Source: Lophium mytilinum (lineage: Eukaryota). From it: a stretch of 64,000 nucleotides of DNA. Position numbers and translations under genes: made by a program. This document shows positions 28,599 through 39,995 of the stretch, one piece after another. Within the stretch, counting starts at the first letter, position 1, and each line of letters begins with the position of its first letter. The stretch covers positions 1,057,673 to 1,121,672 of the forward strand of contig MU004188.1 in assembly GCA_010093605.1 (NCBI GenBank), read 5' to 3'. The notes beneath the pieces were generated by a model. That model saw only the letters and a list, made by a program, of their open reading frames with translations, made no database searches and was not told the DNA's origin.

Positions 28599-28950
28599 AC
28601 GAGCTATTCATTCTTACTTGACGATTTGCTAACTAGGTTACGTTGGATTGTAATGATGATCTTCATCATGTCTGGTAGTTGATGGTCATCAGCATCTTCT
28701 TTCACCAATCAGCATCTGGCTAGGACGATGGAGATGAGCGCGTTGGGTTGGGAGTGGTCGGATTTTAGGCCGATAAATTCACAACCTAGAAATAGCACTC
28801 TTGCTCTACTCCCCATTTGCCATGAAACCTTGTCAAGTGTTCCGCCTCAGTAAATCAGTAAACAACCGTACATTCGTCCCATGAGCGCCTCCTCCGCTCC
28901 TACCTACCCCAGAACCCCCTCCCAAAATTCCCACATCCACCACATCCCAC

Positions 28951-29316
28951 TCAAAAGACGCCAGGACACACCCTCCTCGCCCAAGCCAACGACTCTACAC
29001 CCCAGATCAGTAAACTCCCAACCCAACGTCTATCCCGTAGCGCACGCACGGGGGAGAGCGAAAAACCGAGAAACTCACGAATCATATCCCCGATCCTGCA
29101 CGTACTCTTCACACACGCCGTCACCTCAGAGCGAAAGATACTGTCTCTGCAGAAACACGCCATATCGGACGTCTCGATTGAGCAAGCAGCGGCGTTGATG
29201 GCGTCGGTGGCGCATTCCTGGGCGCATAGAGGCGCGTTCGTGAACGGGGCTGTTTGGAGATTGAGTTGGGCGGTTGTGAGGGCTGTGAGAGCGAGGAGGG
29301 GGAGGAGGAGGCGCAT
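28951..29316 (-). CDS. Small secreted CFEM-domain protein (about 93 aa after splicing)
   Basis: Signal peptide MRLLLPLLALTALTTA; PLCAQEC...C...DMACFC...C...C...C (8 Cys); 84-nt intron 28995-29078 (GTGAGT...CTGAT...TAG); no TM or GPI tail. Confidence 0.85.
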   Translation of the reverse strand: MRLLLPLLALTALTTAQLNLQTAPFTNAPLCAQECATDAINAAACSIETSDMACFCRDSIFRSEVTACVKSTCRIGDMIREFLGFSLSPVRALRDRRWVGSLLIWGVESLAWARRVCPGVF

Positions 29317-29743
29317 GGTGCTGGTAGGTCGGGGAGAGGAGGGTTAGGATGGCGCGGGAGGAAGAGGTTTGTGTGATGGAGGGGGTTTAGGGGATTGTGG
29401 GTGTTTCGGATAGAGGGGAAATTTTGACGCTGATCATAGGAATGAGAACAATTATGTTTTGAAGTCTTTAGGAAAAGATAGGCGGGATAGGGGTTATGAA
29501 GACGGTAAGGGTTAAAGGCGTGGTTCATGCAACCCCGGATTCTGGGATGGAATTCAAGCTTTAGCTGACACATGGCATTTCGCGGGGGCGGTAGCAGATC
29601 GACCGGGGAACCATATGCTAATTCCGCGCTTCTTATTTATCTGAAACGCGAGGAAATGCAGTGCCAGAGCAGCCTCCTAGTCTCATTACATTGCTCGACC
29701 CACCGAACGCTAGTTTAACAAATATGTGTACGGAGTCGAAGCT

Positions 29744-32125
29744 CTAAGCTGGCACGATCTTCTCTGCCGGCGGCAACCTAGCCTCATAATCCAACTTCAA
29801 CAAACACCCCTGCCCCTTCTCCAAATTAACCGTCCAGTTCACCTCCCCGTTCTTCTTCAGCTTCGCCACCGCCTTCCCCCAATTCGCAGCTTGCTGACTG
29901 GTAGTTACGTCCATGCTTCCACTGCTCCCCTCCTTCGCACTAACACCAGCACTCACTTTATCTCCCTCCTTCACCAGCCCCTTCGGTGTCGTGATGACGA
30001 TCCTGAGCCGCTCGTCCTCAGACACCGGAACCTGATCAAGCACGAGGATCTCAACAGGCGTCGTCTTGGTGTTATTGATCCATGCGGAGCGTGTGTAGAC
30101 TTGCGCGGATTCTTTGTTGAACATGAGGCCCTGCGTGCTGCGGTGCACGTTCGGCTTGGGGTAGTTAACGTGAATAGACGGGTCCACGCCGAGTGGGAGG
30201 TCAAAGATCTGCCCGGGCGAGACGCGTGGGAGGGTCATGTTACCCAGGAACGACCCATCGAGGGTGACGCCTGCGCTGCCTTTCAGCAGGGTGACAGAGC
30301 TGGATGGGTTCCGGATCTTAGTGCGCAGAAAGGCAGCAGCGCGGAGCTTCGGAACGCAGATATGGGAGAGGTGGATGTTGGAGGCTTTCAGGGAGGCGAT
30401 CTTGTGGCGGCGGGTGGTCGAGGAGGGCGCGATGGTGCGGAGGCCGGGGACGTCGTAGGTGGATGAGAGGCCATTGTCTTCCCAGGAAGACTCCTCGAAC
30501 TCGACGGCGGGCTCGGCCATAGAGTAGGAGTCTTCGATGGTTGGGTCGTAGGACTCCTCCGTGGTGGCCACGGCGTCCATTTTCTCCCCTCTCTCGAGGA
30601 CAGATCTGGCGGATGCGAACAGAGATCCCGGGCCTAACTTCTTGGCTCGGCGTGCCGATGTGATAGCTGTGGTCAGCTCAACATTTGGTTTTGGTTGTTC
30701 GACACTTTCTACTTGAGCGTTCCGCATAAAGTGCGAGCCGTGGCTGCTATACATGTTGCTCGCTGATCCAAAAGCGCCTCCGGGACCAAAAGCCGAGGAT
30801 GACTGTTGCGGAGCGGATGCTTGAGGGTCTTCCGGAGCTTGTTCCTTCTCCTTCTTCTTCCTTTCGTATGGAGTATAATCGTCGTTCAATCCAAAGACAT
30901 CACCGCGTTTGAAGGATGAGCTGCCAATTGCGAGTCCGCTACGCGGCTTGCGCATCTCTTCGGGACTCAAGAAATCAGGGTCATTCCTGCTGTACCTGTT
31001 GAGCTTCACCCGCCACGCATGCATGAATGGGACCTCGTCATCAAGACCTTGATAAGAAGTTTGCGATGTGGAAAAAGAAAGCTTTGCATCTTTCCAAGTC
31101 TCGCCGGTTCGGTTTAGGAACTCGGTGCGGTATACGATCGTTGCTGATTTCTGCTGCGATGAAATCTGGAGATCGTAGCGGGGAGTCCAAGAGGCTTCTT
31201 TGGTCACGTAAGAGAGTGAAAGCGAAATGTTGGTATCCGATGAAATAGAGGCCTCCTTCCCGGGCTCCGGTACCGTCGACTTCCCAGCGACTATAAGTGT
31301 GTCCATGGAGTTGCGGCGAGAACTTGAGGGTGTCATCTCGCCAGACGCAGTTTCAAGCTGGAGAGTGACTTTGTACACTTTCTTCGGCCAGTATCGCAAG
31401 CGCTCTTGGATGGTGTGCATCTTCTCCTTGTCTCGCTCCGCCTTTTGGAGATCCTTCTTGCGCTGAATCTTGTCCTTCTGCTTCTGGAGCTTGCTCTTCT
31501 CCTTTCTCCCCTCCTTCCCAGCCTTGAGCTTGTCACTCTCTTTCCTCGCAATCTCCTTGCGAAGGTCTACCAGAGCCTGTGTTGCAATGGCATGAGCTTC
31601 ATAAATCCTAGCTCGATCATCTTTGTAGGTTGCTAGCATCTTTGACACGTCGTTCGGGCTGTTATGCTGTGCAGCCGTCGTCTTAGTGTAGCGGTCAAGT
31701 GCTTCCAAGCTCTTATTGGAAGAATTCTGCTGCTCGATGGCTTCTGCTACTTTGAGACGAAGCGTCTTCAACTCTTGGGCGATTTTCTGCACGGTTTCGG
31801 CCTCGTCGTCGCTGTCCTCGTATTCGTCAGATGATTCGCTGCTTGAGTCGTCGGAGTCCTCTGGATATGCTTCTTCAAAAATGTCCCGGTTTGGGACAAG
31901 GTCTACAGTCATGTCGACAATTGTTGCTGCGCCGCGGCCTTCGATCTGGATAGAGTGCTCATCGACCGTTGGAGTTAAGCCATAGATCTCAACCTCATTT
32001 GCTCCAGCTTTCAAAATCACATCGTGAATGTCTCGGACGACGTGCGCTCGGGATGGGTACAATATCACTGACTTGGTAGGCAAATCCCGGATTAAGATCA
32101 CCTGCTTCGGAATGTCGGATGCCAT
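29744..32125 (-). CDS. DUF4140/DUF4139 (mucoidy inhibitor A-like) protein, intronless
   Basis: N-terminal SVILYPSRAHVVR, coiled coil, LSYVTKEASWTPRYDL, NRTGETWKDAKLSFSTS, LPLGVDPSI, VLDQVPVSEDERLRI. Confidence 0.85.
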   Translation of the reverse strand: MASDIPKQVILIRDLPTKSVILYPSRAHVVRDIHDVILKAGANEVEIYGLTPTVDEHSIQIEGRGAATIVDMTVDLVPNRDIFEEAYPEDSDDSSSESSDEYEDSDDEAETVQKIAQELKTLRLKVAEAIEQQNSSNKSLEALDRYTKTTAAQHNSPNDVSKMLATYKDDRARIYEAHAIATQALVDLRKEIARKESDKLKAGKEGRKEKSKLQKQKDKIQRKKDLQKAERDKEKMHTIQERLRYWPKKVYKVTLQLETASGEMTPSSSRRNSMDTLIVAGKSTVPEPGKEASISSDTNISLSLSYVTKEASWTPRYDLQISSQQKSATIVYRTEFLNRTGETWKDAKLSFSTSQTSYQGLDDEVPFMHAWRVKLNRYSRNDPDFLSPEEMRKPRSGLAIGSSSFKRGDVFGLNDDYTPYERKKKEKEQAPEDPQASAPQQSSSAFGPGGAFGSASNMYSSHGSHFMRNAQVESVEQPKPNVELTTAITSARRAKKLGPGSLFASARSVLERGEKMDAVATTEESYDPTIEDSYSMAEPAVEFEESSWEDNGLSSTYDVPGLRTIAPSSTTRRHKIASLKASNIHLSHICVPKLRAAAFLRTKIRNPSSSVTLLKGSAGVTLDGSFLGNMTLPRVSPGQIFDLPLGVDPSIHVNYPKPNVHRSTQGLMFNKESAQVYTRSAWINNTKTTPVEILVLDQVPVSEDERLRIVITTPKGLVKEGDKVSAGVSAKEGSSGSMDVTTSQQAANWGKAVAKLKKNGEVNWTVNLEKGQGCLLKLDYEARLPPAEKIVPA

Positions 32126-32556
32126 GATGGAGGGGAAGTGCAATCAATGAACACAATCTGTAAAGATGATACGTGATGAGAACCTTCGAAGTTCAGATTG
32201 ATGACAGTAAAAAGTGAGAGAAACTGTTGCCTTTATAATTCAGAGCCAGGCAGCAATAAATGTACACTTGTGGTAGACTCAGCCTTGGGGATCAAGGTTC
32301 TCCGCCGCAGCCTAACGCCACCGTGGCCATAGCTCCAAGCTACCCCTGAGAACTTCGTGGTGGCGCAGTACATTTGCTACGTGACATTCCAATTGTGGTC
32401 TGCAAATAGTGTGGTGTCGAAGGCGCTCGATTGCGCCAATTTGAAGAGCAGTAGGCGAGATTAGGAGACGTAGCTCCTATATTTCTATCCATACGCATCT
32501 GATACCAAGCAACGAATATCGCTGAGCTACCCGTTGCACCAGCCGTATAGCCGGCA

Positions 32557-33589
32557 TCATGCTTTCCTGACCTGTACCCAAGTCCTGTCGCAAAGTATGT
32601 TCGAAGATCGATCTAGGACACCGGGATTCTTGATGACGAACGTATCATCATTTTTAAGAACATGCTCGAGACCCAGAGGCTTAAGTCGCAGAGTGAACTC
32701 TGCGTTGCATCGAACACGTTTCAAAGGCGCGAACAGAGCCCTCTCCTGCTCTTCCCGATCTGTTCCTCCTACAAATCGTCTTACCAGCTCCACGTTCAAG
32801 ACTCTTAGCTTCAGTATCCCAGCAATAACGTTCCACATCTGCTCCCAATCTTCCAGCTTGTGAAAGTCCCTTATAGGCACAGCAGAACAGAGTGAAATTT
32901 CGCGGATGGAAGCCAAACGGTGGGGCAAAACTGACTGCGAGAACATAAGGACATATTCTATTGTTCCCGTAGTTGGGAGCTGGTTGATCCTTGAGCCGAA
33001 ATGAAACGCATTTCCGGAATACAACAGCTCGATCGCCTCAAGATATCTAATAGCTCGTCAGTTCGTGAGGTGACAAGGGCGCCGGAGAGTCCCACATTGC
33101 GCGGCATGTCAATAGTAGTGGGAGAAGGCTGTTCTTTTCCCCAACCCGGATATGTGAGATGCTATCCTGGGGCCGGCACCCGACAATGCTGCATGGGGTA
33201 AAGACAATCCGCTGCACTTTAGAACTCGCATGTGCGAAGCGATATTTCCTTACGCTTGAAGGCGCGCCGTCCAAGCTGTATATTGACCGCAAATGTAGGC
33301 GTAGGCTGCTACATAATGCTTCGCGATATATCAGGACACGTAACTCTGCGGATAGTTTTTGAAAGAGCGGCGAGGAGGATTGATACACGGCACTAGCTGA
33401 AGGCCCGGGGATTCCTTTGCTTGACTGCTGGCCTGGAAGAGTCTCAATGGGAGGCGGCGCTGAGAACTCGTCCGTCAAAGCTCTCTTCCTTCTCAAAGTC
33501 TCAGCTGAACGCTCATCAAATTCTTTTGTTATTTGACGCCTGAATTCCTCTCGGATCCCCAGCTTTGGACCTTCGACGATTTCCGACAT
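32557..33589 (-). CDS. Fungal hypothetical protein (DUF7730/F-box-like)
   Basis: QSSSPLFQKLSAELRVLIYREAL; splicing 33048-33095 restores LLLTCRAIYLEAIELLYSGNAFHF. Confidence 0.7.
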
Positions 33590-34005
33590 TTGTGTAGAAT
33601 AGAAGAGTTAGGAGGGTTTGCTTTGTGACTGTGGGGTTAGTGAGAAGGTAAGGCCAGGGGATCGACTATTAAGAAAGAAAAAGAATGAGAAAGAGGTGTT
33701 GACTATGGGCTCAGTCGGAATAACCAGAGCGCATACGAGTTCTTCAGGCTCTTGTAAGCAATAAAAGTTGGAAGTTGGGAACCTTGAAAGGCGAAGTGGA
33801 GGATGTTCATCCTAGCCTGATCTGGTGAGCCTCGGTCTACGCTAGAGATCCGACCTCACGTCTACCCAACCCCGCTGTCATCAACATGAGCTCCTCAAAG
33901 CTAGACCTGCCCTCTACTTCTCTTCCAATTGACTTCGGCTGAAAAGGCTCAATATCCCACAGCTCTGTGAATCTCAACCGCAAACACCACACCATACCAG
34001 CAGTC

Positions 34006-35066
34006 ATGACATCCGCCCCAAAAAAACGACTCCAAGCCCTGAGCGAGCAGCTCGTCAAGAAGCCAGAGGACCCGGGCATGTTTGAAAACATACCTAAGCT
34101 GCGGCACATAGCTGGAGACTCAGTAGGGCCGTAAGAAAGCTACCTATGACACCCATGTCTCTCCAGTGTTCCCATTACTAACGGCATCACAGTCGACTAA
34201 AAGACAAAGTCGCAATCATAACCGGTATGCATACACCCCTTTCCGCCTCGCCTAAATAGAACTAACATGAGGATTCGACAGGCACAAACTCTCCCATCGG
34301 CATCGGCCGGGCCAGCGCCCACCAATTCGCCCATAACGGCGCCCGCGCCCTCTACCTCTGCGACTACAGCAACGAGCACCTACCCACTCACAAACGCGAG
34401 CTCGAATCCCTCTACCCCACCGTCGAAATCCACATCCGACAGTTCGACGCGGGCGACGAAGCTGCCGTTGCCGCCGTTGTACAAGAGGCCGTCGACACCT
34501 ACGGCCGGCTCGACGTCTTCTTCGCAAACGCCGGCATCTCTAGCGCAAAGATCTTCTACGAGAGCAGCGGGGAGGAGTTCATGCACATGATGAAGACGAA
34601 CGCGCTGAGTGTGTTTCTGGCGGCGAAGTATGCGAGTAGGGCGATGTTGATAACGAGCGAGGGGAAGAAGTATCCGAGTGGTAGTATTATTGGGACGGCG
34701 AGTGTGGCGGGGTTGAGGAGTAATGCGGGGCCGACGGATTATTCGGCGAGTAAGGCGGCTGTTGTGTCGATTATGCAGACGTGTGCGTATCAGCTTGCTG
34801 GTACGGGAATTAGGTGTAACGCACTCTGTCCTGGGGTGATAGAGACGGGGATGACGAAGGTGATGTATGATGCGGCGAGGACTAGGGGAACGGAAGGGAA
34901 GATTGGGCAGCTTAATCCACTGCGGAGGGGAGCGGTGCCGGATGAGGTGGCGAGAGTTGCGTTGTTTTTGGCAAGTGATGAAGGGAGTTACGTCAACGGC
35001 CAGGCGTGGGCAGTATGTGGAGGCTTAAGTGCTGGACACCCGTTTGTGCCCGGGAAGCTGGCGTAG
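34006..35066 (+). CDS. Short-chain dehydrogenase/reductase with N-terminal PTS2
   Basis: RLKDKVAIITGTNSPIGIG (introns 34131-34192 and 34225-34281), FFANAG, catalytic YSASK, GIRCNALCPG; N-terminal RLQALSEQL. Confidence 0.92.
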
Positions 35067-36349
35067 GGTATGACGATATAGCGGTGACTACGGCGATAAA
35101 CAAAAAGGAGTGGTTTTGAGTCAATGATGAGAAAGTGATGGAGTCTCAAAATGGAATGTATAGTATCACTCATCTCATGCCTTGATTCGTCCCAATGTTC
35201 ACGTGGTATTAGTGAATAAGCGCTGACAGACCTTTCTCCCGAGGTATAAGATCCTTCGTCACCTCGAAGATATCCAGTCTCCCATGGAAGCAAGGAGTGG
35301 AGTTGGAAGATCATAGTACAAAACGCTATCGCGCCCCGAGCAATGGCTGCTGCTGTCAACTCAGTACTGGTCATGGAATAACCCTTGTGAACGAGTGCGG
35401 TGGCGTGGCTCTCTCCAAACTCCTGGGTGTTGGTCCTATTATGGTGTGGGAGAGGGATACAATCAGCGGTCAACGATAATGCTATTCAACACTACTAGAT
35501 AATGCAAAAGACCAGATTCTATCCCCCCAAATGACTCGGTGCCATAACATGGCAATGGTTAGAAATAGACGAGAGCCCTGATATCTTCCTTCCAAGCTTT
35601 CATTGAGCGGAAGGTAGCTACATGCCTAGGCTTCTTCATAATCTAACGGAAAGGAGAAATATCACCATCATTCTACTATAATTTCATTTACCGCAAGCCG
35701 AAACTCCTACTCACCAACACCAACGAGAAAAGACGCTCTCCATCATCATCCTTACTCCTGCCTCATCCCTAATCCCAAACCCACTAATACCATTAGACGC
35801 TTTTAGAACGTGTTTTGCAATTCCAATCCAACCACAGCACCACCCGCACCATTGGCTTCCCCAGTTGCTCGTTTTCGATCTGCCAAACCACTTACTCCAT
35901 GGGAAGTATTGATTCGGACTGTTTATTAGGAACTCCTCTCCCGCCGATGCAGGAATAGATCTAGGACGGAGATTGAGGGGTTCTTATAGTCGAAAAGAAG
36001 AGAGGGCACAAGATGCGCACGTGACTTTCTAGTCGCAGTAGTATGAATCCACTGGCGGTTGGGCATGTGACTTCGCCATGACCGTGCGAACATACGAGGG
36101 CTGTCCATGGGAGATATCTTTTCCTTAGTAAATTGCCATAGAATGCCTTCTTTGAAAGCCTAGAGCTCTTCGCCTACCGAATATCCATGGTACGGGACGG
36201 GCTAAACGTTGCTTTGTGGAAATCAAACAGGGGAATAAGGCACACGAAGATCTTGAGAGTAACGCCACGACATCACACTAGAAGACAATCTCAATACAGC
36301 CAAAGATCTTCAACTTCGACTGCGCTATCGACTATACAAACTGCAGCCA

Positions 36350-39300
36350 CTACTCCGCCGCACCAACCCCCATAACCCCTCTTCCAAACCACTCACTGAC
36401 CGTCCCAAACTTATCCCTACTCCTCTTCAGCGCATCAAGAAACAAATCATGCCTCTCGGCGCTCTCAACCTGTGCCTTCCTGATGGCCCTGACCGTCGCA
36501 TTCTGCGGCGCACAAAGCGGACACTCGACCTCTTCGTCATCGTCCTCACTCGCATTCAAGCAGCTCTGATGAAAGCTATGCTTACACAGAAAGTGCACCG
36601 TCGGCAGGGCCAACGGCCTGGCGCAGCTCGCACACCGCGTGGCCTGGAACACAACAGGCTTGGTACTGAGGGTCTCGAGGTCGGCGCGCTTGATGTCCGT
36701 GTCGGCGCGGAAGGTGGAGATCATGCGGCGATTATTTGCGATTTCGAGGCGCTCGCGCTCGATGGTAGCGGCAAGGTAGTCTTTGACCATGCCCATTGTC
36801 GCAACGCCGTTGACACTGAGGGTTTGGATGACTTGGAGGGGCGCCATGAGGCCGTCGTCATCGATTTTCTGAAGCACGGTGTGGAGCTCGTCGCCGGCTT
36901 CTTCGAGGATGGTAGGGGAGGAGGTGAAGTAGGCGAGGGCGGCTGGGTAGAGTTGGGGTTCTTCGGGGCCGTATTTGCGCAGCGCTTTGATGGCGCCGGC
37001 GGTATCTTTGGCAGAGGTATAGGAGCGGAAGATATCGAAGCGGAGTCCTTGTTTCTCTCGGACAAGGATAGTGCCGTCGCGGTAATTTGAGAGATGGGAG
37101 AGGAGGAGAACATTGGATGTGTCGATTGGTACCTGATAACGATTAGTGTTCTTGTCTGACGATGTTGGATCAAGGCACTCACGTCTTTGCCCTCGATCAG
37201 CTTCTTGGCTTTCGTTTCCCATAGTTCTTTCTCTTCATCCTTTTTAGAACTTGCGATATGAAGATACATTTCGAATAGAGTTGTGTAGAGATCGCTCTTG
37301 TTATCGTCGTTTAGCTCGTCTGCTTGTATACATGCTTCCAAGAAGATTATAAACTCTCCAGCATGGTCCACGAAAGCGGAGAAAGCAGTCCTGGGCTTCG
37401 GCACTTTGTACTCAGGAGGTGGTTCGTCAAGGTTTGTTTCCACGATCTGAGCTTGACTGAGTGTAGTCTTTTGCTCCCCAGCAGAGGCGGGCGATCCGAT
37501 GGTGTTCGTGTTCATGTATGGCAGAGGCAGCAGAGCAGCAAGATTCTGCACAGCATTCGATGCTAGTCCCATGCCCATGCCTTGCGTCGCAGGGGCATTC
37601 TGAATGACGATAGCATCCTTCTTCGGACGAAACCGACCGGTGTAGTAGTCGATAAATATTTGGGTGGCGTCTTTCGGGCAGTGCTCGAGTAGAACAGTCG
37701 CGTATTTCATGAGATTATGATATGACTGTTCGTGTGAGTAAAGCAAGCCATGATGGAAGCAGACTAACTTACAGTATCCGGCTCCAATCGCCAAATGTAC
37801 GCAAGAGCCTCTGCGTATCGTTTCGAGTCCTCGATCAGGATGTCGACTACCAATTCGTGTTCTTCGTGCTTTCGTGCAAGAAAAGCGGCTTGGTCATAGT
37901 AACCGCCCTGACGGCACATCGAGATGGCTGTGTCAAGATCAAACTTGAGATCACCAGGCGATTTGATGAATTCCTCAAGCTTTTCTACATCCTTCAATTT
38001 CGCGTAGCAGTTTAGAAGCAATGTTGTGTGGTCTGATGTGGCTTTGTGATGCTCGTGGAGCTCTTCCAAGTACTCAATAAGATTATGAATCCTTTGCGTG
38101 TCAAGGAACTAGTGATTATGTTAACTTGAGAAAGATGCACGAAAGTGGAGTACCCAACCTTTCGAATAACCTGCGAAGGCTCCGTGTTGTCGATTGCCTT
38201 CAGATACATTTGCATTGCTGTGTCGTAGTCTTGCTTGCGGTAAAGGTAATCCCCGTATTTGCGAAGGATAACGTTCTTCTGGGTGGCATCGAGTTCTGCT
38301 TTTTGAGCAAGGTTGATTGCATAAGGGTACAAGTCCCGCTGATACAAAAGCTCGAGTTTCTGCGCGAATGGCTTCTCGTGGTACCGGAATATCTAAGAGG
38401 TCAGTGTCACTCTTGGGGGCAAACAGTTGAGATACCCACCTTGCCATCCATAGTGAGAACGAAGAGGTCACCCCATTCGGACACCAGATCTTTTATCTGC
38501 GAGGTTAAGGCTTCCTCATGCGCCTTGAATTTAAGATCTGTATTGATCAATGTGAAGCTAGAGGTGTTGAAGAGGTCATCGGTATGACCTCCGCCAAATG
38601 ACCTCAAAGGTCCGGTTCGCGTGATCGTGTTAGACTTTGGGGGCGAAACTACCGCGACATAGTCCTTGAATATGGTGATCATCTTCTTTTCCCCTTCGAA
38701 TGCGTATACTGGTCCCCGCCCTTGGGGCCCATAATAGTATATGGCATCATCTCTTGCCACGATGACATCGCGCGTAGCTTTGTCGACAGTCATACAACCT
38801 ACTCCGCAGCCAGTCTCGTCCAGCGACCTCGCGGGCTGGCCTTGACCCCGACCAGAAATTATTAGAGTTGCAATCCGTCCGGTGGTCGCGATGTAAAGGG
38901 TTGTTATGCTGCCTTCCCGAAACTCGATACCAGTGATTGGCTCTTCAGACTCAAAGACAGTCCGCTGTCTCGCACCGCGATCGTGTATCAAGTCGCCTCT
39001 GACTACGGTCACTGCCCCATTCGCAAAACCAACAGCAAGTTGCGAGAGATCGTCCAATGCCGCAAATGCAGAAATCTGCACCGTCAGATAGTGTCACATG
39101 TGCTGATAGAGAGTGCATGCTCACTGGAAACTGCTTGCGACCATTGTGTATTGTAAGGGTACTCTGACACCGAGGGATTCCAGACTTCTTCTCCAACTTG
39201 TCGAGTGCCCACACCTTCAACACCGGTTCGCTCGAGAGGTCCTCAGCTATCGTGACTAGTAGAGCCGTGCCCTGCACCTGCTTCATATGCCTAATGGCTC

Positions 39301-39611
39301 CGACATCATGCGCCTTGAAGGACCGAACGACCTTGAACGATTGCGATAGGATGCGGACGGTGCCATCTGCGCTCCCAAAGAACACGCTTTCCGATCCAGA
39401 TGCTACCGAGGTGATGTTCCCTTGCTATATATCTCGTCAGTCCCACTCTCCGAACATTGCAGTAGAAGCGGTTACCTCAGAGAGGGCGGCGCTCTCGTCC
39501 TCGGGGAGCTTGACTTGGGAGACATCGAAGAACTTGAACTGTTTCCACTGCCACATGTTAGCTTGTGCACCGTACATACAGCGGTAGAGAACTTACCGAA
39601 GCCAGCGCCAT
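36350..39611 (-). CDS. VPS11: HOPS/CORVET core subunit Vps11
   Basis: MALAS/WKQFKFFDV start; beta-propeller region; CHCR segment HTTLLLNCYAKLKD; C-terminal RING-H2 CASC...VHFLCKHSFHQSC...CPLC. Confidence 0.95.
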
Positions 39612-39995
39612 TACTATCAGCAAGCCATATCCACCGGCACTGCGCTGCTTCGATGGACTGGGTGAAGGTAAAGCTGCCTGGTGATCGGTGAATTATTTCG
39701 CCGAGAGTCCGTGCGGTGGGGCTGAGTCATAAAGGCTTGGCGACACCCGTCTCCTTTCCTTGTCTTCGCCTTCAACGCGCGCTCACTCAAACCACCAACA
39801 CAACCGCATCACCACAACGTCGCCGTCGCCAAACTGCCACTGCCTGCGCTCTAGCCTCGAGCCGTACGCTGACTATCACTTGCTTTCAAGGTTTTAGCTC
39901 AAGAGCTATTCTACAACAGCCGGTCGTCTGCCAACCCGACCGTCTTCGCCATTCTCACCAACCGACACTCTATCACGATCAAGCCATCAGTCATA

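Noticed and set aside
33024..33095. Apparent frameshift/pseudogene between ORFs 33047-33589 and 32557-33024
   Set aside because: A 48-nt intron (GTGGGA...CTGAC...TAG) joins them and restores the family motif.
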